Shown: one piece after another, positions 52,167 through 64,000 of the stretch
Layout: every line of letters starts with the position of its first letter
Position numbering within the stretch: position 1 is the stretch's first letter
Origin: Deinococcus sp.
Lineage (GTDB): Bacteria > Deinococcota > Deinococci > Deinococcales > Deinococcaceae
Direction: 5' to 3'
Assembly: GCA_965261005.1 (NCBI GenBank)
Contig: OZ253375.1
Coordinates: 2,368,001 to 2,432,000, forward strand
DNA length: 64,000 bases
The notes under the pieces: model-generated
What the model was told of the DNA's origin: nothing
Seen by the model: the letters and a program-made list of their open reading frames with translations, nothing else
The model's database searches: none
Made by a program: the position numbers and the translations under genes

Positions 52167-52733
52167 ATGTACAAGACGTTGTCACAGGTGACCGCGCCGC
52201 GCGCCTCGGTTGGACGGGACGCGCTGCTGGTGATAGGTGGGGCGACCCTGATCGCCTTGGGGGCGCAGCTTCAGGTGCCGATGTGGCCGGTGCCCATCAC
52301 GCTGCAAACTTTGGTCGTGCTGCTGCTGGGGGCGGCGTTGGGTGCGCGGCGCGGCGCGCTGGCAGTATTGGTTTATCTGGCGGCGGCAGCTTTGGGTCTC
52401 CCGGTGCTGGCGGGCGGCGGCGCGGGCATGCTCAAACTGTTTGGGCCGACCGGCGGCTATCTGATCGGCTTCGTGCTGTCCGCCTTCTTGGTGGGGGCCT
52501 TGGTCGAGCGCTTTGCCCTGGACCGCCGCTTCTCCGGCGCCGTGCTCGCGATGTTGCTGGGCAACCTGGTGATCTACTTATGCGGCGTGTCGTGGCTGGC
52601 CGCCGCGCTGCACCTCACGCTGCCCAGCGCCGTGGGGGCCGGTCTGACGCCTTTCTTGTTGGGCGACGCCCTCAAGGTCGGCGTGGCCGCCGCGCTGTTG
52701 CCCTCGGCGTGGGCTTGGCTCGGGCGGCGTTAA
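52167..52733 (+). CDS. bioY: Biotin transporter BioY
   Basis: VPITLQT, GLPV and GPTGGYLIGF motifs. Confidence 0.93.
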   Translation: MYKTLSQVTAPRASVGRDALLVIGGATLIALGAQLQVPMWPVPITLQTLVVLLLGAALGARRGALAVLVYLAAAALGLPVLAGGGAGMLKLFGPTGGYLIGFVLSAFLVGALVERFALDRRFSGAVLAMLLGNLVIYLCGVSWLAAALHLTLPSAVGAGLTPFLLGDALKVGVAAALLPSAWAWLGRR

Positions 52734-52820
52734 ACATTGCCGGCAGGATCAAGGGAAAAGAGTCGGCGGACCCGCGTGGGTCCGCCGATTTTCTGCTTTT
52801 TCGCGGCGGCGCCGGCCGGT

Positions 52821-52991
52821 TTATCCACACAGTTATCCACAGGCATATTTTGGCGTCCGGCGTATCGGCCACAAATTTTCGTCCGGGCGCCGGCCGTTTT
52901 TATCGTGTGGGCGCGGGGAAAACTTCGGCCCCGTTGAGGAATGGCCACCGCCACAAAAGTTATCCACAGCGGCCCGTTTCACTGTGGATAA
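52821..52991. promoter_or_regulatory. Cluster of four perfect DnaA boxes
   Basis: TTATCCACA at 52821, 52833 and 52960; TGTGGATAA at 52983. Confidence 0.8.
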
Positions 52992-53599
52992 CTTTTCTCC
53001 AGTTCTGTCTCTGTGGCGCGTGCGGCCCGAACAAAGGCCCGCGTTTTGACGGGGTCCTTGATCCCCGGCGCACTTTCGAGTTGGCTCACCGCGTCCACGC
53101 CGGCGGGCCGCAAAGTCGCCACGGCCCGCGCCACGTTTTCTGGCCCCAAGCCGCCGGCCAGCCAAGCGCCCGCCGGAAAGGTACTTCGCAAAGCGTCCCA
53201 GTCCAGCGCCACGCCCCCTCCGGGGCGGAGGGCGTCGAACAGCAGGGTGAGGCCGGGCCGGGTCATCGGCGGGGCCTCGCCCGGCGCCAACGCGCGCAGC
53301 ACCGGGTAGTACGCGAGCACGCCGTCCAAATAAGTCTCCGGCACCTCACCGTGGAGCTGTACGGCGCTCAGGCGGGCCGCGTCGGCCGTTCGCAAGACCT
53401 CGTCCAGCGGCGCCCCTACGAAGACCCCCACCCGGCCAATTGTCGGCCCCAAGGCCAGCGAGATGGTCCTGGCCGCGTCCAGCGTCACGCGGCGCCGGCT
53501 GGGCGCGAAGATCAACCCGATGGCGTCAGCGCCGGCCTGCTCGGCCAAGAGGGCGTCTTTCAGGCTGGTCGTGCCGCATACTTTGACGCGCAAGCGCAT
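52979..53599 (-). CDS. trpF: Phosphoribosylanthranilate isomerase
   Basis: [28 protein letters not shown] and E.APGIKD motifs. Confidence 0.95.
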   Translation of the reverse strand: MRLRVKVCGTTSLKDALLAEQAGADAIGLIFAPSRRRVTLDAARTISLALGPTIGRVGVFVGAPLDEVLRTADAARLSAVQLHGEVPETYLDGVLAYYPVLRALAPGEAPPMTRPGLTLLFDALRPGGGVALDWDALRSTFPAGAWLAGGLGPENVARAVATLRPAGVDAVSQLESAPGIKDPVKTRAFVRAARATETELEKSYPQ

Positions 53600-53674
53600 G
53601 GACAGATTTTAGCCAAAGAGAGGAGCGCCCATCGTGGACGCCCCTCTTTAACGCTGCTCAAAACCAGGTGCCGT

Positions 53675-54634
53675 TCAGGTGCGGCGGCGCGCCACATCGT
53701 CCTCGTCGCGGTTGGGCAGCATGGTCGCGCCACCCTGCGGCACGTCGTTGCCGGTGTGCCCGCCCCACACGCTAAAGGCGAGGATGAAGCCGGCGGCCAG
53801 CAGCCAAATCCAGCCGGCCGTCACGGCCGCGTTGCGCGCGATGCGCTCGGCGGCGGCCGCCGTCTGCTGAGCCTGGGTCACGGTGTCGTTGACCAAAGTG
53901 CCAATCGAGTTGGCGGTTTCTTGGGCCTGCGCCTGGGTCAAGCCCTGACGCTGAAGGCGCGTCACAAACTCGGGGCCGCTCAGCGCGGTCTGAATGGACT
54001 TCACGCGGCTGTTGATCAAGTCGGGCAGGTTGCTGATGTTGCTCAGGTTATTGCCGATGGTGTTGGACGCGCGGGTGGCGATGCCGCTCACCACGTTGGC
54101 TGCGGCCTGCACCTGGGTCTGGTTCAGCTCGGGCGAGTTCTGGGCGATGATCTGGGTGATGTTGTCTTGGTTCAGGCCACCCAGCAGCGCCTGCACCGGG
54201 TCGCTTTGCAGCGCGCCGCTGTTGGCGGCGGCAGTGCCGGCCGCCGTGGCCGCGCCCGCGACCGCCGTGGTCGCGCCGCCGACGACGCCCAAGGCGCTGC
54301 TGACGCCGCTCAGGAGGGCGTTGTACGAAAATGAGGTCAGGCCCAGCACCAGCAGCATGCCGGTGATTAGGCCGTTGAAACGGCCCTGCGCCGGCGTCAG
54401 GTAGCCGGCAGCGCGCGCGGCGGTCAGGCCGGCTAAAAAGGCCGAAATGGCCAGTGAGATGGCCAGCCAGATAATGGTGCTCCACGCCAAGCCACTCAAG
54501 CTCCCAATGGTGGCCGCGCCCACGGCCACGCCGAGCAACGTGAGCGCGAGCTGCGTGACAATGCCCACCACCAAGCCGGCGACAATGCCGACCCAGCTGA
54601 TGCGCGACATAATGGTTCCGCGTTCTACCAACAT
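53675..54634 (-). CDS. Membrane protein of unknown function
   Basis: RISW.GI.AG N-terminus, 4 TM helices, Q/A-rich soluble region. Confidence 0.7.
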   Translation of the reverse strand: MLVERGTIMSRISWVGIVAGLVVGIVTQLALTLLGVAVGAATIGSLSGLAWSTIIWLAISLAISAFLAGLTAARAAGYLTPAQGRFNGLITGMLLVLGLTSFSYNALLSGVSSALGVVGGATTAVAGAATAAGTAAANSGALQSDPVQALLGGLNQDNITQIIAQNSPELNQTQVQAAANVVSGIATRASNTIGNNLSNISNLPDLINSRVKSIQTALSGPEFVTRLQRQGLTQAQAQETANSIGTLVNDTVTQAQQTAAAAERIARNAAVTAGWIWLLAAGFILAFSVWGGHTGNDVPQGGATMLPNRDEDDVARRRT

Positions 54635-54671
54635 AAAACTCTCCTTAAATCAAAAAAGCTTAGCGCTGGCC

Positions 54672-55439
54672 TTACTTGCCGTTCGCCTGTGGTTGGATCA
54701 GCACGGCGCCTGTTTTGGCGCTGCCAGACGCCGTGGTATCGGACGTCCCTTCAGGCTCGTCCTGCTCGATCCACACCGAGCCGATCACCTGCGACAAGCT
54801 CTCGCCGGCGCCGTGCAGGGCGTCGCGCGCCTGCGGGCTGACGCTGCCGACGGCGTCGAGCACGCTCTTGCGGGCGCCGGGATTGCGGGCCAAGTAATAC
54901 ACGCCGCCCAGCAGGGCCAACAGCCACAACAGCCCGCCGCCCGAGCCGCCTCGCCGAGAGCGCGCGAGCCTATCCACTTTGGCGTTGAGGTCCCGCAACT
55001 GTTTGTCGTGAACGGTCAAGGCCTGCTGTTGGCGCTGAAAAGACTTGGCTGCCTGGGCTTCCAAGCGGCCCACCGACTGTTCGGCGCGCTTGTGGGCTTG
55101 GGCCACGGTCGCCGCACTTTCGGCGCGAAGCGCCCGCAGTTCCCGCCCGGTCTTTTGGCTGACGGTCTTGGCGCCGCGCCTCACCGTTTTGCCAGCCTGC
55201 TTGGCGGCGCGCTGCTGGTCCTCGCGCGCCTGCTGCACCGTTTCGCCGGCTTGCTGGACCACGCCCTGCACCGTTTCGGCGACGCTGCCGGCGGCGTCCT
55301 TGACGCTGCTCGCCACGGTGCTGGTGAGGGGCGCGACCGTTTCGCCGGCCTGCTGCACGACGTCTTGCAGAGTCTCCGCCGCGTCGTGCCACACCTCGCT
55401 CAACACTTGACGGCCACGTTTGATCGGTTGCTCTCTCAC
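54672..55439 (-). CDS. Hypothetical LEA-like/coiled-coil protein with one TM
   Basis: Repeated AAETLQDVVQQAGETV-like helices. Confidence 0.65.
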   Translation of the reverse strand: MREQPIKRGRQVLSEVWHDAAETLQDVVQQAGETVAPLTSTVASSVKDAAGSVAETVQGVVQQAGETVQQAREDQQRAAKQAGKTVRRGAKTVSQKTGRELRALRAESAATVAQAHKRAEQSVGRLEAQAAKSFQRQQQALTVHDKQLRDLNAKVDRLARSRRGGSGGGLLWLLALLGGVYYLARNPGARKSVLDAVGSVSPQARDALHGAGESLSQVIGSVWIEQDEPEGTSDTTASGSAKTGAVLIQPQANGK

Positions 55440-56020
55440 GCTCTCGTCTCGCCTCCTTCAGCCTCAGTAGTGGCGACCTCGCTGGCAGCAGCCTCAGTGG
55501 CTGCCCCGCTGGCCCACCCAGGGTCAATCCGCTCGACGCTCAGACGTTCGACCTTATCGCTCGGCGTCACCTGCTCGAAGCGCAACACCTCGCGGCCCAA
55601 CTCGATGTCAAGCGCCTTTTGCTCGACGACCGCGCGTCTGAGCAGCCGAACTTCCTCGCTGACCACCGCGCGCTTGTTCAGCTCGGCTTCCTCGCGGTAC
55701 ACCACGATTTCCCGGGTGTCGCCGGCGGCCAACTGCTCGCCGTCGAGCCAGACGCCCGCGTCGCCCGCCTGAACCTCGATCACCAAGCGCTCGGTGATCA
55801 GCTCGACGCTGACGGTCTCGGTTCGGCGCTCGACTTCCTTGTGAACGGCCACGCGGCCTGCCAGCTCACGGCGCTTTTCGAGCATGGGCCGCTCGGCGAG
55901 CAACTCGAAGCGCGCCACCTCGCGCACGTCGTTTTCAAGCGACGGTTCGGTCGGCGCGCGCCCGCTGTGTTCGTTGAAATCGGCCACCTCAACCCCGTTT
56001 CTTTTGAAGGGGCGGGACAC
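55436..56020 (-). CDS. DUF2382 (YsnF/AvaK) protein
   Basis: ELL.ER...K.R...G.V...K and EEA...KR.VV.EEV motifs. Confidence 0.8.
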   Translation of the reverse strand: MSRPFKRNGVEVADFNEHSGRAPTEPSLENDVREVARFELLAERPMLEKRRELAGRVAVHKEVERRTETVSVELITERLVIEVQAGDAGVWLDGEQLAAGDTREIVVYREEAELNKRAVVSEEVRLLRRAVVEQKALDIELGREVLRFEQVTPSDKVERLSVERIDPGWASGAATEAAASEVATTEAEGGETRA

Positions 56021-56046
56021 CTGCTGCCCCGCCCCCGCTCGGCCGC

Positions 56047-56961
56047 TCAGCGCTTGTTCTTGTTGTCGTTCAGGTTCGCGTCACGGCCCTCGCGCACTTC
56101 CACGTCACCGGTCCGGTTCACGTCGAGCACCTCACGGCCGACCGACTCGGTGAAGGTCTGCGACTCAGTCTCGGTGCGCTTGCCGATCTCGACCTCTTCG
56201 GTCACGTAGGCCTGCTTGCTCACGTTGGCGCGCTCGGCCTCCAGGTCCACGTGGACAGTCTGGGTATCGCTGCCCAGCGTGACGTTGCCCTCCACCGGGC
56301 GCCCGCCCTCGACCGGGTGGCGCTCGATCACCAGCTCGTCGTGCGAGAGGCTGACGTTCACTTGGCGCTGCTCGGTCTCGACGTGCTTGCCGATTTCTAC
56401 GCTGCCCGCCGTGTAGCGGTCCTTGTCCACCGTCAGGCGCTCCTCGAGAAGGCGCAGCTTCTCGGGCGTCTTGAACATGGTGTCGCCGTGGTCCTGATCG
56501 CGGTAGTCGTAACGCTGGGGAGTCGCTGTAGCGCCACTTGCAACGGCGCCGCCCACCACGCTCATGTCGCGGTCGGTCTGAGTGGCGCCCGCCGCCCCGG
56601 TGCCGCGCAGCACACGCTCGTCGCTGGTCTGCGCCGTGTAGTCGTAGTCGTCGCCGGCGCGGTACTCGCGCATGTCCTTGACCTGATCGCGGGTCAGGTT
56701 GTCGAAATAAACGGCGTCGTCCTCAATGCGGGCCATGCCCACCGGAACCAGCACTTCCTTGCTGGAAAACCAACCCCCCACGTCCACCAGCAGGTAGCGG
56801 ATGCGGCCGGTGTCCGGCTCCACCATCGCGCTGCGAACGGTGCCGACCTTCTTGTCGCCCTCGGCGTAGGCCGTCTTGCCGGTGGGATCATAGGTGCCGT
56901 CTTTGGAAAAGTCGTAGTTGCGGTTGCGGGACAGCTCGGACAAGGGGATCAAGTTAGCCAT
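56047..56961 (-). CDS. PRC-barrel plus DUF2382 protein
   Basis: [33 protein letters not shown]. Confidence 0.88.
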   Translation of the reverse strand: MANLIPLSELSRNRNYDFSKDGTYDPTGKTAYAEGDKKVGTVRSAMVEPDTGRIRYLLVDVGGWFSSKEVLVPVGMARIEDDAVYFDNLTRDQVKDMREYRAGDDYDYTAQTSDERVLRGTGAAGATQTDRDMSVVGGAVASGATATPQRYDYRDQDHGDTMFKTPEKLRLLEERLTVDKDRYTAGSVEIGKHVETEQRQVNVSLSHDELVIERHPVEGGRPVEGNVTLGSDTQTVHVDLEAERANVSKQAYVTEEVEIGKRTETESQTFTESVGREVLDVNRTGDVEVREGRDANLNDNKNKR

Positions 56962-57119
56962 GAAAAGCCTCCTCCTGAAGTAGGCTTCCGAAGCATAAAC
57001 AGCCTCCGGCACGCCTCTTTACACTTTTCACTAAGGGGCGCCCACCAAGCATTGACCTCGCCAAAAGCGATTCTTCAGCAAACGTTTAGAAAAGGCGCTC
57101 AGAACTAAGGCGCGTCGCT

Positions 57120-58067
57120 TCAAGCGTGACCCAGCGCCGCGCGCCACTCCAGGGCCAGCAGCTGAAAGGTCAGGCTGGCGTTCACGTACCGCTCCAAGGC
57201 GGTGAGGGCGCGCTCCAGGGCGTCGTCGGCTTGTGCGCGCGCCCCCGCGCTCTGCGCGCGCAGGGCGAAGCGCAGCGCCTCAGGATGCCAAGCCGGGTCG
57301 AAGCGTTTTTCGAGCGTCCCTGCCGCCTCCAGGGCGGCCAACATTGAGGCGCCCAGGGCGGTCACGAAGCCTTCGGCGTCGGCGAGGGCTTCGCGGGCGC
57401 GGGCGCGCTCCACCAGCACGCCGGGCCGGCCCGCCGCAAAGGCGAGCAAGTGGGCGTCCTCCTCACCGAACAGGTGCAGCGCCGCGCCGAGGGCGCCCTC
57501 CTCCACCGGGGGCACGCTCAGGCGCGCCGCGCGCGAGGCGATGGTGGGCAGCACCGCGCCCACGTCCTCGGTCAAAAAGAGAAAGAGAGCGCCGTGCGGG
57601 GGTTCCTCCACCACCTTGAGAAGGGCGTTGGCGCTCTCGGCGTTCAGAAACTCGGCGCCGTCCACCACGACGGTTTTGCGCCGGTAGGTCGGGGCCAACG
57701 CCAGCCACTCCAGCACGTGCCGCTCGAAGTCGCGCCCGTCGTCGCGCCGCTCGGCGATGGCGGCCACCGGAATGACCTTGCGGCGGGCCTGCTTGCCGGT
57801 GGCCGTCACGGCGCTCGGCTCCAGTTCCAGCACATCGGGATGAACGCCGCGCAGGGCGGCCAGACACGAAGGGCACGCCCCGCAGGGGGCGCCGCCAGCT
57901 TCAAGGCGCGCGCAGTTGTACAGCGCCGCCACGGCGCGCGCGAGGGGCCGCTTGCCCACCCGCGCCGGGCCGCTCAGCAGCAGGGCGTGGCCGCGAAAGC
58001 TGCCCAGTTCCCCGAGCACGTCCGCGTGCCCGATTAGGCCAAAGGCGCCGGCCCCGCCGCGCGTCAC
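57120..58067 (-). CDS. holB: DNA polymerase III delta' subunit
   Basis: ALLLSGP.RVGK, C..C..C..C zinc module, HPD, ANALLK.VEEP and LPTIASR motifs. Confidence 0.88.
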   Translation of the reverse strand: MTRGGAGAFGLIGHADVLGELGSFRGHALLLSGPARVGKRPLARAVAALYNCARLEAGGAPCGACPSCLAALRGVHPDVLELEPSAVTATGKQARRKVIPVAAIAERRDDGRDFERHVLEWLALAPTYRRKTVVVDGAEFLNAESANALLKVVEEPPHGALFLFLTEDVGAVLPTIASRAARLSVPPVEEGALGAALHLFGEEDAHLLAFAAGRPGVLVERARAREALADAEGFVTALGASMLAALEAAGTLEKRFDPAWHPEALRFALRAQSAGARAQADDALERALTALERYVNASLTFQLLALEWRAALGHA

Positions 58068-58840
58068 GTGCCCGCCGCGAGGCGCGCCCCGAGCGCCTCG
58101 GGCAGCCCGGCCGCCCGAATCGCCGCCTGCGTATAGGCCACGTCGTAGGGCGCGCGGTGCACCTCGAAGACCCGCCTTTGCGCGTCGAAGAGGCCGTAGC
58201 TGGCGCGGGCGTCGCCGTCGCGCGGCTGGCCGACCGAGCCGGGGTTGAGCAGCACCCGCGCGCCGGGGGGCAGCGCGAAGCGGCCCTCCGGCGACAGCGC
58301 TTGGTGCTTGGCCCACTCGCCGACTGGGGCGCGCACGGTGGCGTACACGCCGGGCTGGTGGGTGTGGCCCACAAAGCACAGCGTCCCGTCCCAAGCCGCG
58401 AAGGCCGCGCGGGCGCTCGCCACCGAGTCCACGTAGGTGAGCAGCGAGGTGGGCGAGCCGTGTCTGAAGCGCGCTGGGAGACCGTTCAGGTCCCGCTCGC
58501 GGCACTCGGGCCAACTGGACAGCCAAGCGAGGTCGTCGGGGGACAGCCGCCCCAATTGGTAGCGCAGCGCCCGCGCCACCACCCCGTCCCTGCGCAAGCC
58601 GTCCCCGCGCAGGTCGCTGTGGCCGCGCGCCAATTGCAAAGCCCAGAGGTCATGGTTGCCCAGCACGCTTTCGACCTCCGCCCCGCGCAGGCAGGCCAGC
58701 ACCTCACGCGGCTGCGGGCCGTAGCCCAGCACGTCGCCCAGACAGACCGCCGCGTCGTACCCCCGCCGCCGCGCGTCGGCGAGCACCGCCTCCAGCGCCG
58801 CCAGGTTGGCGTGGATGTCCGACAGCAGCAACAGGCGCAC
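58064..58840 (-). CDS. Metallophosphoesterase family protein
   Basis: SDIHAN, GDVLGYG, GNHD, HGSP, GHTH and [10 protein letters not shown] motifs. Confidence 0.9.
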   Translation of the reverse strand: MRLLLLSDIHANLAALEAVLADARRRGYDAAVCLGDVLGYGPQPREVLACLRGAEVESVLGNHDLWALQLARGHSDLRGDGLRRDGVVARALRYQLGRLSPDDLAWLSSWPECRERDLNGLPARFRHGSPTSLLTYVDSVASARAAFAAWDGTLCFVGHTHQPGVYATVRAPVGEWAKHQALSPEGRFALPPGARVLLNPGSVGQPRDGDARASYGLFDAQRRVFEVHRAPYDVAYTQAAIRAAGLPEALGARLAAGT

Positions 58841-58906
58841 GTTCCCATAATAGCGAAGGCGACCTTCCTCCTGGCCCCATGCTGCCCCGCGCCGTAGAAT
58901 CCCCCC

Positions 58907-59584
58907 GTGAAGCGTCCCCGCATCGGCTTGTCCATCAGCCAACTGACCGACCCCGCCCTGGGCCGTCCCTATGAGGGGACCGCCCGTCACTACGCCCGCG
59001 CCGTGTGGCAAGCGGGCGGCACCCCGCTGCTGTTGCCGCTGATTCCGGAGGCGGCCGGGGAAGTCGCGGCTGGCCTCGACGGCCTGCTGCTGACGGGGGG
59101 CGTGGACATGGCCCCGCGCCACTACGGCGAGGAGCCGCAGGAGCACCTGGGCGCGGTGGACGAGCTGCGCGACGCCGCCGAGGAGGCGCTCTACCGCGCC
59201 TCCCGCAGGCGGGGCCTGCCGGTGCTGGGCATCTGCCGGGGGCTTCAAGTCATCAACGTGCTGGAAGGGGGCAGCTTGCACCAACACCTGGGCGGCCACA
59301 GCCAAGGGCGGCCCTACGACGCCCTGACCCACGCCGTCACCTTCGAGGGCGGCAGTTCGCTGGCCCGCCACCACCCTGCCGAACTGCGGGTCAACTCCCA
59401 CCACCACCAAGCGGTCAAGGCGGTCGCGCCGAGTTTGAACGTGGCGGCCCGCTCCGAGGATGGGCTGATCGAGGCGCTGGAGGGGGACGGCGTGCTGGCG
59501 GTCCAGTGGCACCCGGAGCTGACCTTCGAGAGCGCGCCGGAAACGAACGGCGCCTTTAGTGCGTTCCTGGATCTGTTTCGTTGA
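58907..59584 (+). CDS. Peptidase C26 / gamma-glutamyl-GABA hydrolase family
   Basis: GICRG.Q, NSHHHQA and VQWHPE motifs. Confidence 0.9.
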   Translation: MKRPRIGLSISQLTDPALGRPYEGTARHYARAVWQAGGTPLLLPLIPEAAGEVAAGLDGLLLTGGVDMAPRHYGEEPQEHLGAVDELRDAAEEALYRASRRRGLPVLGICRGLQVINVLEGGSLHQHLGGHSQGRPYDALTHAVTFEGGSSLARHHPAELRVNSHHHQAVKAVAPSLNVAARSEDGLIEALEGDGVLAVQWHPELTFESAPETNGAFSAFLDLFR

Positions 59585-60693
59585 CCCCCGTTCCCGTCCG
59601 TCACCTCTACGTCCACGTGCCCTTTTGCCCGTCCATCTGCCCGTACTGCGACTTTCATGTCCTGACGCGCCGGGCCGGACAGGTGGAGGCGTACCTGGAG
59701 CGGCTGCGCCGGGAGGCGGCCGAATTGGCCCGGACTTACGCGGTGGACCTCGACACCGTCTACCTGGGCGGCGGCACGCCCTCCTTTCTGCGCGACGCCG
59801 AGATCGCCGAACTGGTCGGGATCGTCAGGATGCACCTGGGCTGGGGAAAGCTCGAAAATACGCTGGAGATCAACCCCGGCACCGTCACGCCGGGGCGCGC
59901 GGCCCACTGGCGAACGCTCGGCTTTGAGCGCGCCTCGGTCGGGGTGCAGAGTTTGCACGACCCCACGCTGAAGTTTTTGGGCCGCCAGCACGACGCACGG
60001 CAAGCTCGGGAGGCCGTAGAACAGCTCTTGAAACAGGGCTTTCGGGTCTCGGGCGACCTGATCACGGCGGTGGCCGGGCAGCCGCTGGAAAGCGACGTGC
60101 GCGGCCTGGTGAATTTGGGCGTCGAGCACGTCAGCGCCTACACCCTCACCGTCGAGCCGGGCACCGCCTTCGCGCGCCGGGGTGTGACCGTCGCCGAAAC
60201 CGACGAGCGCGCCGGCTTCGAGGTCACGGCCGAGCTGCTGGAGGGGCTGGGCTTTTCTAGATATGAAGTCAGCAATTACGCCCGGCCCGGCGCCGAGTCC
60301 CGGCACAATTTGGCCTACTGGCACAACCGCTTTTACCTGGGCCTCGGGCCGGGGGCGGCGGGGCATTATCCAGAAGAGGGCGCCCTGGCAAACCGCCGCA
60401 CCAATCCCCACCTGCACCGCTGGCTGGCGGGGGAGACGGGTGAAAGCGAACTCATCACCCCAGGGGAGTACGTCACCGACGCCCTGTTCATGGGCTTGCG
60501 GTTGACGGAGGGGGTGGACTTGGCCGACTTGAGCGATAGGACGGGACTGGACGTGGCGGCGCGGTATACAAACGTGATCGAGCGCGAGGTGCGGCGCGGC
60601 CTGCTGGTGAGGGAGGGCGACCGTCTGCGCGCTACCGACGGCGGGCGCTGGGTGCTCAACGAGGTGATCCGCGCCTTTTTAAAGGCCGCGTGA
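59581..60693 (+). CDS. hemW: Radical SAM heme chaperone HemW
   Basis: [26 protein letters not shown] and HNLAYW motifs. Confidence 0.92.
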   Translation: MTPVPVRHLYVHVPFCPSICPYCDFHVLTRRAGQVEAYLERLRREAAELARTYAVDLDTVYLGGGTPSFLRDAEIAELVGIVRMHLGWGKLENTLEINPGTVTPGRAAHWRTLGFERASVGVQSLHDPTLKFLGRQHDARQAREAVEQLLKQGFRVSGDLITAVAGQPLESDVRGLVNLGVEHVSAYTLTVEPGTAFARRGVTVAETDERAGFEVTAELLEGLGFSRYEVSNYARPGAESRHNLAYWHNRFYLGLGPGAAGHYPEEGALANRRTNPHLHRWLAGETGESELITPGEYVTDALFMGLRLTEGVDLADLSDRTGLDVAARYTNVIEREVRRGLLVREGDRLRATDGGRWVLNEVIRAFLKAA

Positions 60694-61280
60694 GCGTCTG
60701 GACCGAGGCCCCAACGCTTGAGGGCCGCTTCGTGCGTTTGGAGCCGCTCAGCCCCCAACACGCCGAGGGTCTGCACCGCCACTACGACCCGCAGGTGTTC
60801 GCCTTTCTGAGCCGGGGCGCTCCCAAAGATGACTCCCTAGCCGAACTGGAGGCTTACGTCGAGCGTCTGAACGCCGAGCCGAACCGGGTCAATTGGGCCG
60901 TGCTGATCGGGGATGAGGTGGCCGGGCGCATCTCGTACTCGGAGGTGCGCGCCGCCCACCGGGGCGTGGAGATCGGCACCATGCTGATGCCGCCGTTCCA
61001 AGGTGGGGTCGCCAACCCGGAAAGCAAGTACCTCTTGATGCGGCGCGCCTTTGAAAATTTGGGCGCCCTGCGGGTGCAGTTCAAGGTGGACGCCCGCAAC
61101 ACGCGCAGCCAGCGCGCCTTAGAGAAGCTCGGCGCCGTGCGTGAGGGCGTGCTGCGCCGCTACCAGATTCGCCCCGACGGCTACGCCCGCGACTCGGTGA
61201 TGTATTCCGTGATCGCGGACGAGTGGCCGACGGTGAGGGCGGGATTGGAGGCGCGGCTCAAGACGTTTGACTCCCCTTGA
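60690..61280 (+). CDS. GNAT (RimJ/RimL-like) acetyltransferase
   Basis: EIG, N.ESK.L and N.RSQRA.EKLG...EG.LR motifs. Confidence 0.88.
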   Translation: MSVWTEAPTLEGRFVRLEPLSPQHAEGLHRHYDPQVFAFLSRGAPKDDSLAELEAYVERLNAEPNRVNWAVLIGDEVAGRISYSEVRAAHRGVEIGTMLMPPFQGGVANPESKYLLMRRAFENLGALRVQFKVDARNTRSQRALEKLGAVREGVLRRYQIRPDGYARDSVMYSVIADEWPTVRAGLEARLKTFDSP

Positions 61281-61294
61281 GGGGGTTCCTCGGC

Positions 61295-62467
<1,173 letters not shown>

Positions 62468-62477
62468 AGCTGCTCCT

Positions 62478-63236
62478 TCACGCCGATCCCGTGCGCTCAT
62501 TGTCATACAGCGCGGCCGTCGCCTTGCCCAGCGCGGTGTCGCGCCCGCTGCTCTGCCCCTGAATGGTCGGCTCGAAGCCGACCTCCAACAATCTCTTGAG
62601 GCGGCGCAAATCGTCCTCGATCTGCTGGCCCGGCTCCTCGCCGAACAGGCGCGCGAAGCTGGCCCCAAGCGTGCCCAGCGGTGGGCGGTAGACCAGCTCC
62701 ACATGCACTTCTGTGCCGCGCCCGCCCGGCGCCTCTTTGAAGGTCACGTGGCCCTCGTTGGGAATGGTCGCCCCCTCCAGGGAGCGCCAGGAAATCCGCC
62801 CCCCCGGCACGTCCTCGGTCGTCTCGGCGTCCCAGGCAACGCTGGTGCCGGCGGGGGCCTTGGCGACCCAATGCGAGCGGCCCCCCTCCCCCTCGGTCAC
62901 GCTTTCCAGGTGGCTCATAAAGCGCGGCAAATTCTCGTACCTGCGCCAAAAGGCGTACAAATCCGCCGGCGGCTTGCCAATGGTCATGGCCCGCTTGACG
63001 TGAATGCCGTTCTTTTGAGTGCGGTAGATGTTGAGCTGGTCGTTCAGCGGACTCACGCCGCGCACGCTGTTGTACAGCATGGCGGCGCCGCCCGCGCCGA
63101 GGGCGAGATTGAGCAAGTTGGGCCGCCGCAGCGCCTGAAAGGCCAGGTAGCCCCCCAGGGCGCCCCACAGCAGGCGCGAGCTGGGACTCATATTTTGCTT
63201 TGACTCGGCAAACTGGGTCATCCTAGCTTGGGTCAT
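62478..63236 (-). CDS. SRPBCC/cyclase family protein
   Basis: LY.FWR..ENLPRFM.H, SHW and DLRRLK.LLE.G motifs. Confidence 0.88.
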   Translation of the reverse strand: MTQARMTQFAESKQNMSPSSRLLWGALGGYLAFQALRRPNLLNLALGAGGAAMLYNSVRGVSPLNDQLNIYRTQKNGIHVKRAMTIGKPPADLYAFWRRYENLPRFMSHLESVTEGEGGRSHWVAKAPAGTSVAWDAETTEDVPGGRISWRSLEGATIPNEGHVTFKEAPGGRGTEVHVELVYRPPLGTLGASFARLFGEEPGQQIEDDLRRLKRLLEVGFEPTIQGQSSGRDTALGKATAALYDNERTGSA

Positions 63237-64000
63237 CAGCCGTTCACCACCTCGCCGCCGTTGGGGTGGAGCACCTGCCCCGCCATGTAGCTGCTGTCGT
63301 CGGACGCCAGGAATACATAGCAGGGCGCCACCTCGGCGGGCTGGCCGGCGCGCTGCATGGGCACGTCCTGGCCGAACTTGGCGACCTCCTCGGCCGGAAA
63401 GGTCGAGGGAATCAGCGGGGTCCAGATCGGGCCGGGGGCCACGCCGTTCACGCGCACGCCCTTTTCAATCAAATTGAGGGCCAGCGAGCGGGTAAAGGCG
63501 ACAATGGCCCCCTTGGTCGCGGAGTAGTCGAGCAGCATGGGGCTGCCCTTGTAGTCCGTGACCGAGGTGGTGTTGATAATGGTGCTGCCCTGCCCCAAGT
63601 GCGGCTCGGCGAACTTGACCATGTGGAAGTAGCCGAAGATGTTGGTGCGAAAAGTGCGCGTGAGCTGCTGTTCGGAAATGTCGGTGACGCTCTCCTGCGG
63701 ATGCTGCTCGGCGGCGTTATTGACCAGAATGTCCAGCTTGCCCAGCTCGCGCACGGCGCGCTCGACGGCCGACTTGCAGAAGTCCTCGTCGCCCACGTCG
63801 CCGGCGATGGTCAGGCACTTCTTGCCCTCGGCCTCCACCAGCTGCTTGGTGTCCCTCGCGTCCCCATCCTCCTCCAGGTAGACAATCGCCACGTCCGCCC
63901 CCTCGCGGGCGAAGTGGACCGCCACCGCCCGCCCGATGCCGCTGTCGCCGCCGGTGATCAGCGCCACTTTGCCGCTGAGCTTGCCCGCCGCCTTGTAGTC
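63236..64000 (-). CDS. SDR oxidoreductase (general-stress type), 5' truncated by window edge
   Basis: TGGDSGIG, NNAA, YSATK and GPIWTP motifs. Confidence 0.92.
   Translation of the reverse strand, partial: DYKAAGKLSGKVALITGGDSGIGRAVAVHFAREGADVAIVYLEEDGDARDTKQLVEAEGKKCLTIAGDVGDEDFCKSAVERAVRELGKLDILVNNAAEQHPQESVTDISEQQLTRTFRTNIFGYFHMVKFAEPHLGQGSTIINTTSVTDYKGSPMLLDYSATKGAIVAFTRSLALNLIEKGVRVNGVAPGPIWTPLIPSTFPAEEVAKFGQDVPMQRAGQPAEVAPCYVFLASDDSSYMAGQVLHPNGGEVVNG

Noticed and set aside
52740..53000. Calling the DnaA-box cluster oriC
   Set aside because: Only four perfect boxes, no DUE and no initiation genes nearby; reported as an orphan cluster instead.

Overview
GC-rich bacterial chromosome segment, almost certainly Deinococcaceae. 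The assignment rests on RDRM/DdrO-type operators, an ATACGGATTCCG-ended small repeat, many leaderless TANNNT-N5-7-start promoters and the gene set. Core genes include hflX, uvrB, rpmB, pxpABC, two tRNAs, comEA-comEC-birA-bioY, trpF, holB and hemW. Five accessory regions stand out. (1) An intact IS110 element (2669-3976) inserted into a 136-bp repeat; its bridge-RNA target and donor guides and its circle-junction promoter can be read directly from the sequence. (2) A pilin / O-oligosaccharyltransferase / pilin cassette. (3) A dense, partly decayed toxin-antitoxin cluster. (4) A ~19-kb contractile injection system (CIS/eCIS; 24.0-42.9 kb) with a membrane-anchored probable pseudokinase-FHA-Ig protein, an FHA-fused baseplate subunit and a 1821-aa DUF4157 protein. 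No PAAR, AAA+ ATPase or cap gene is visible in it. It is flanked by a CI/LexA-like repressor and a holin-like gene whose promoter overlaps an RDRM-like box. (5) An isolated cluster of four perfect DnaA boxes. All product calls come from motif recognition by eye; no database searches were run.
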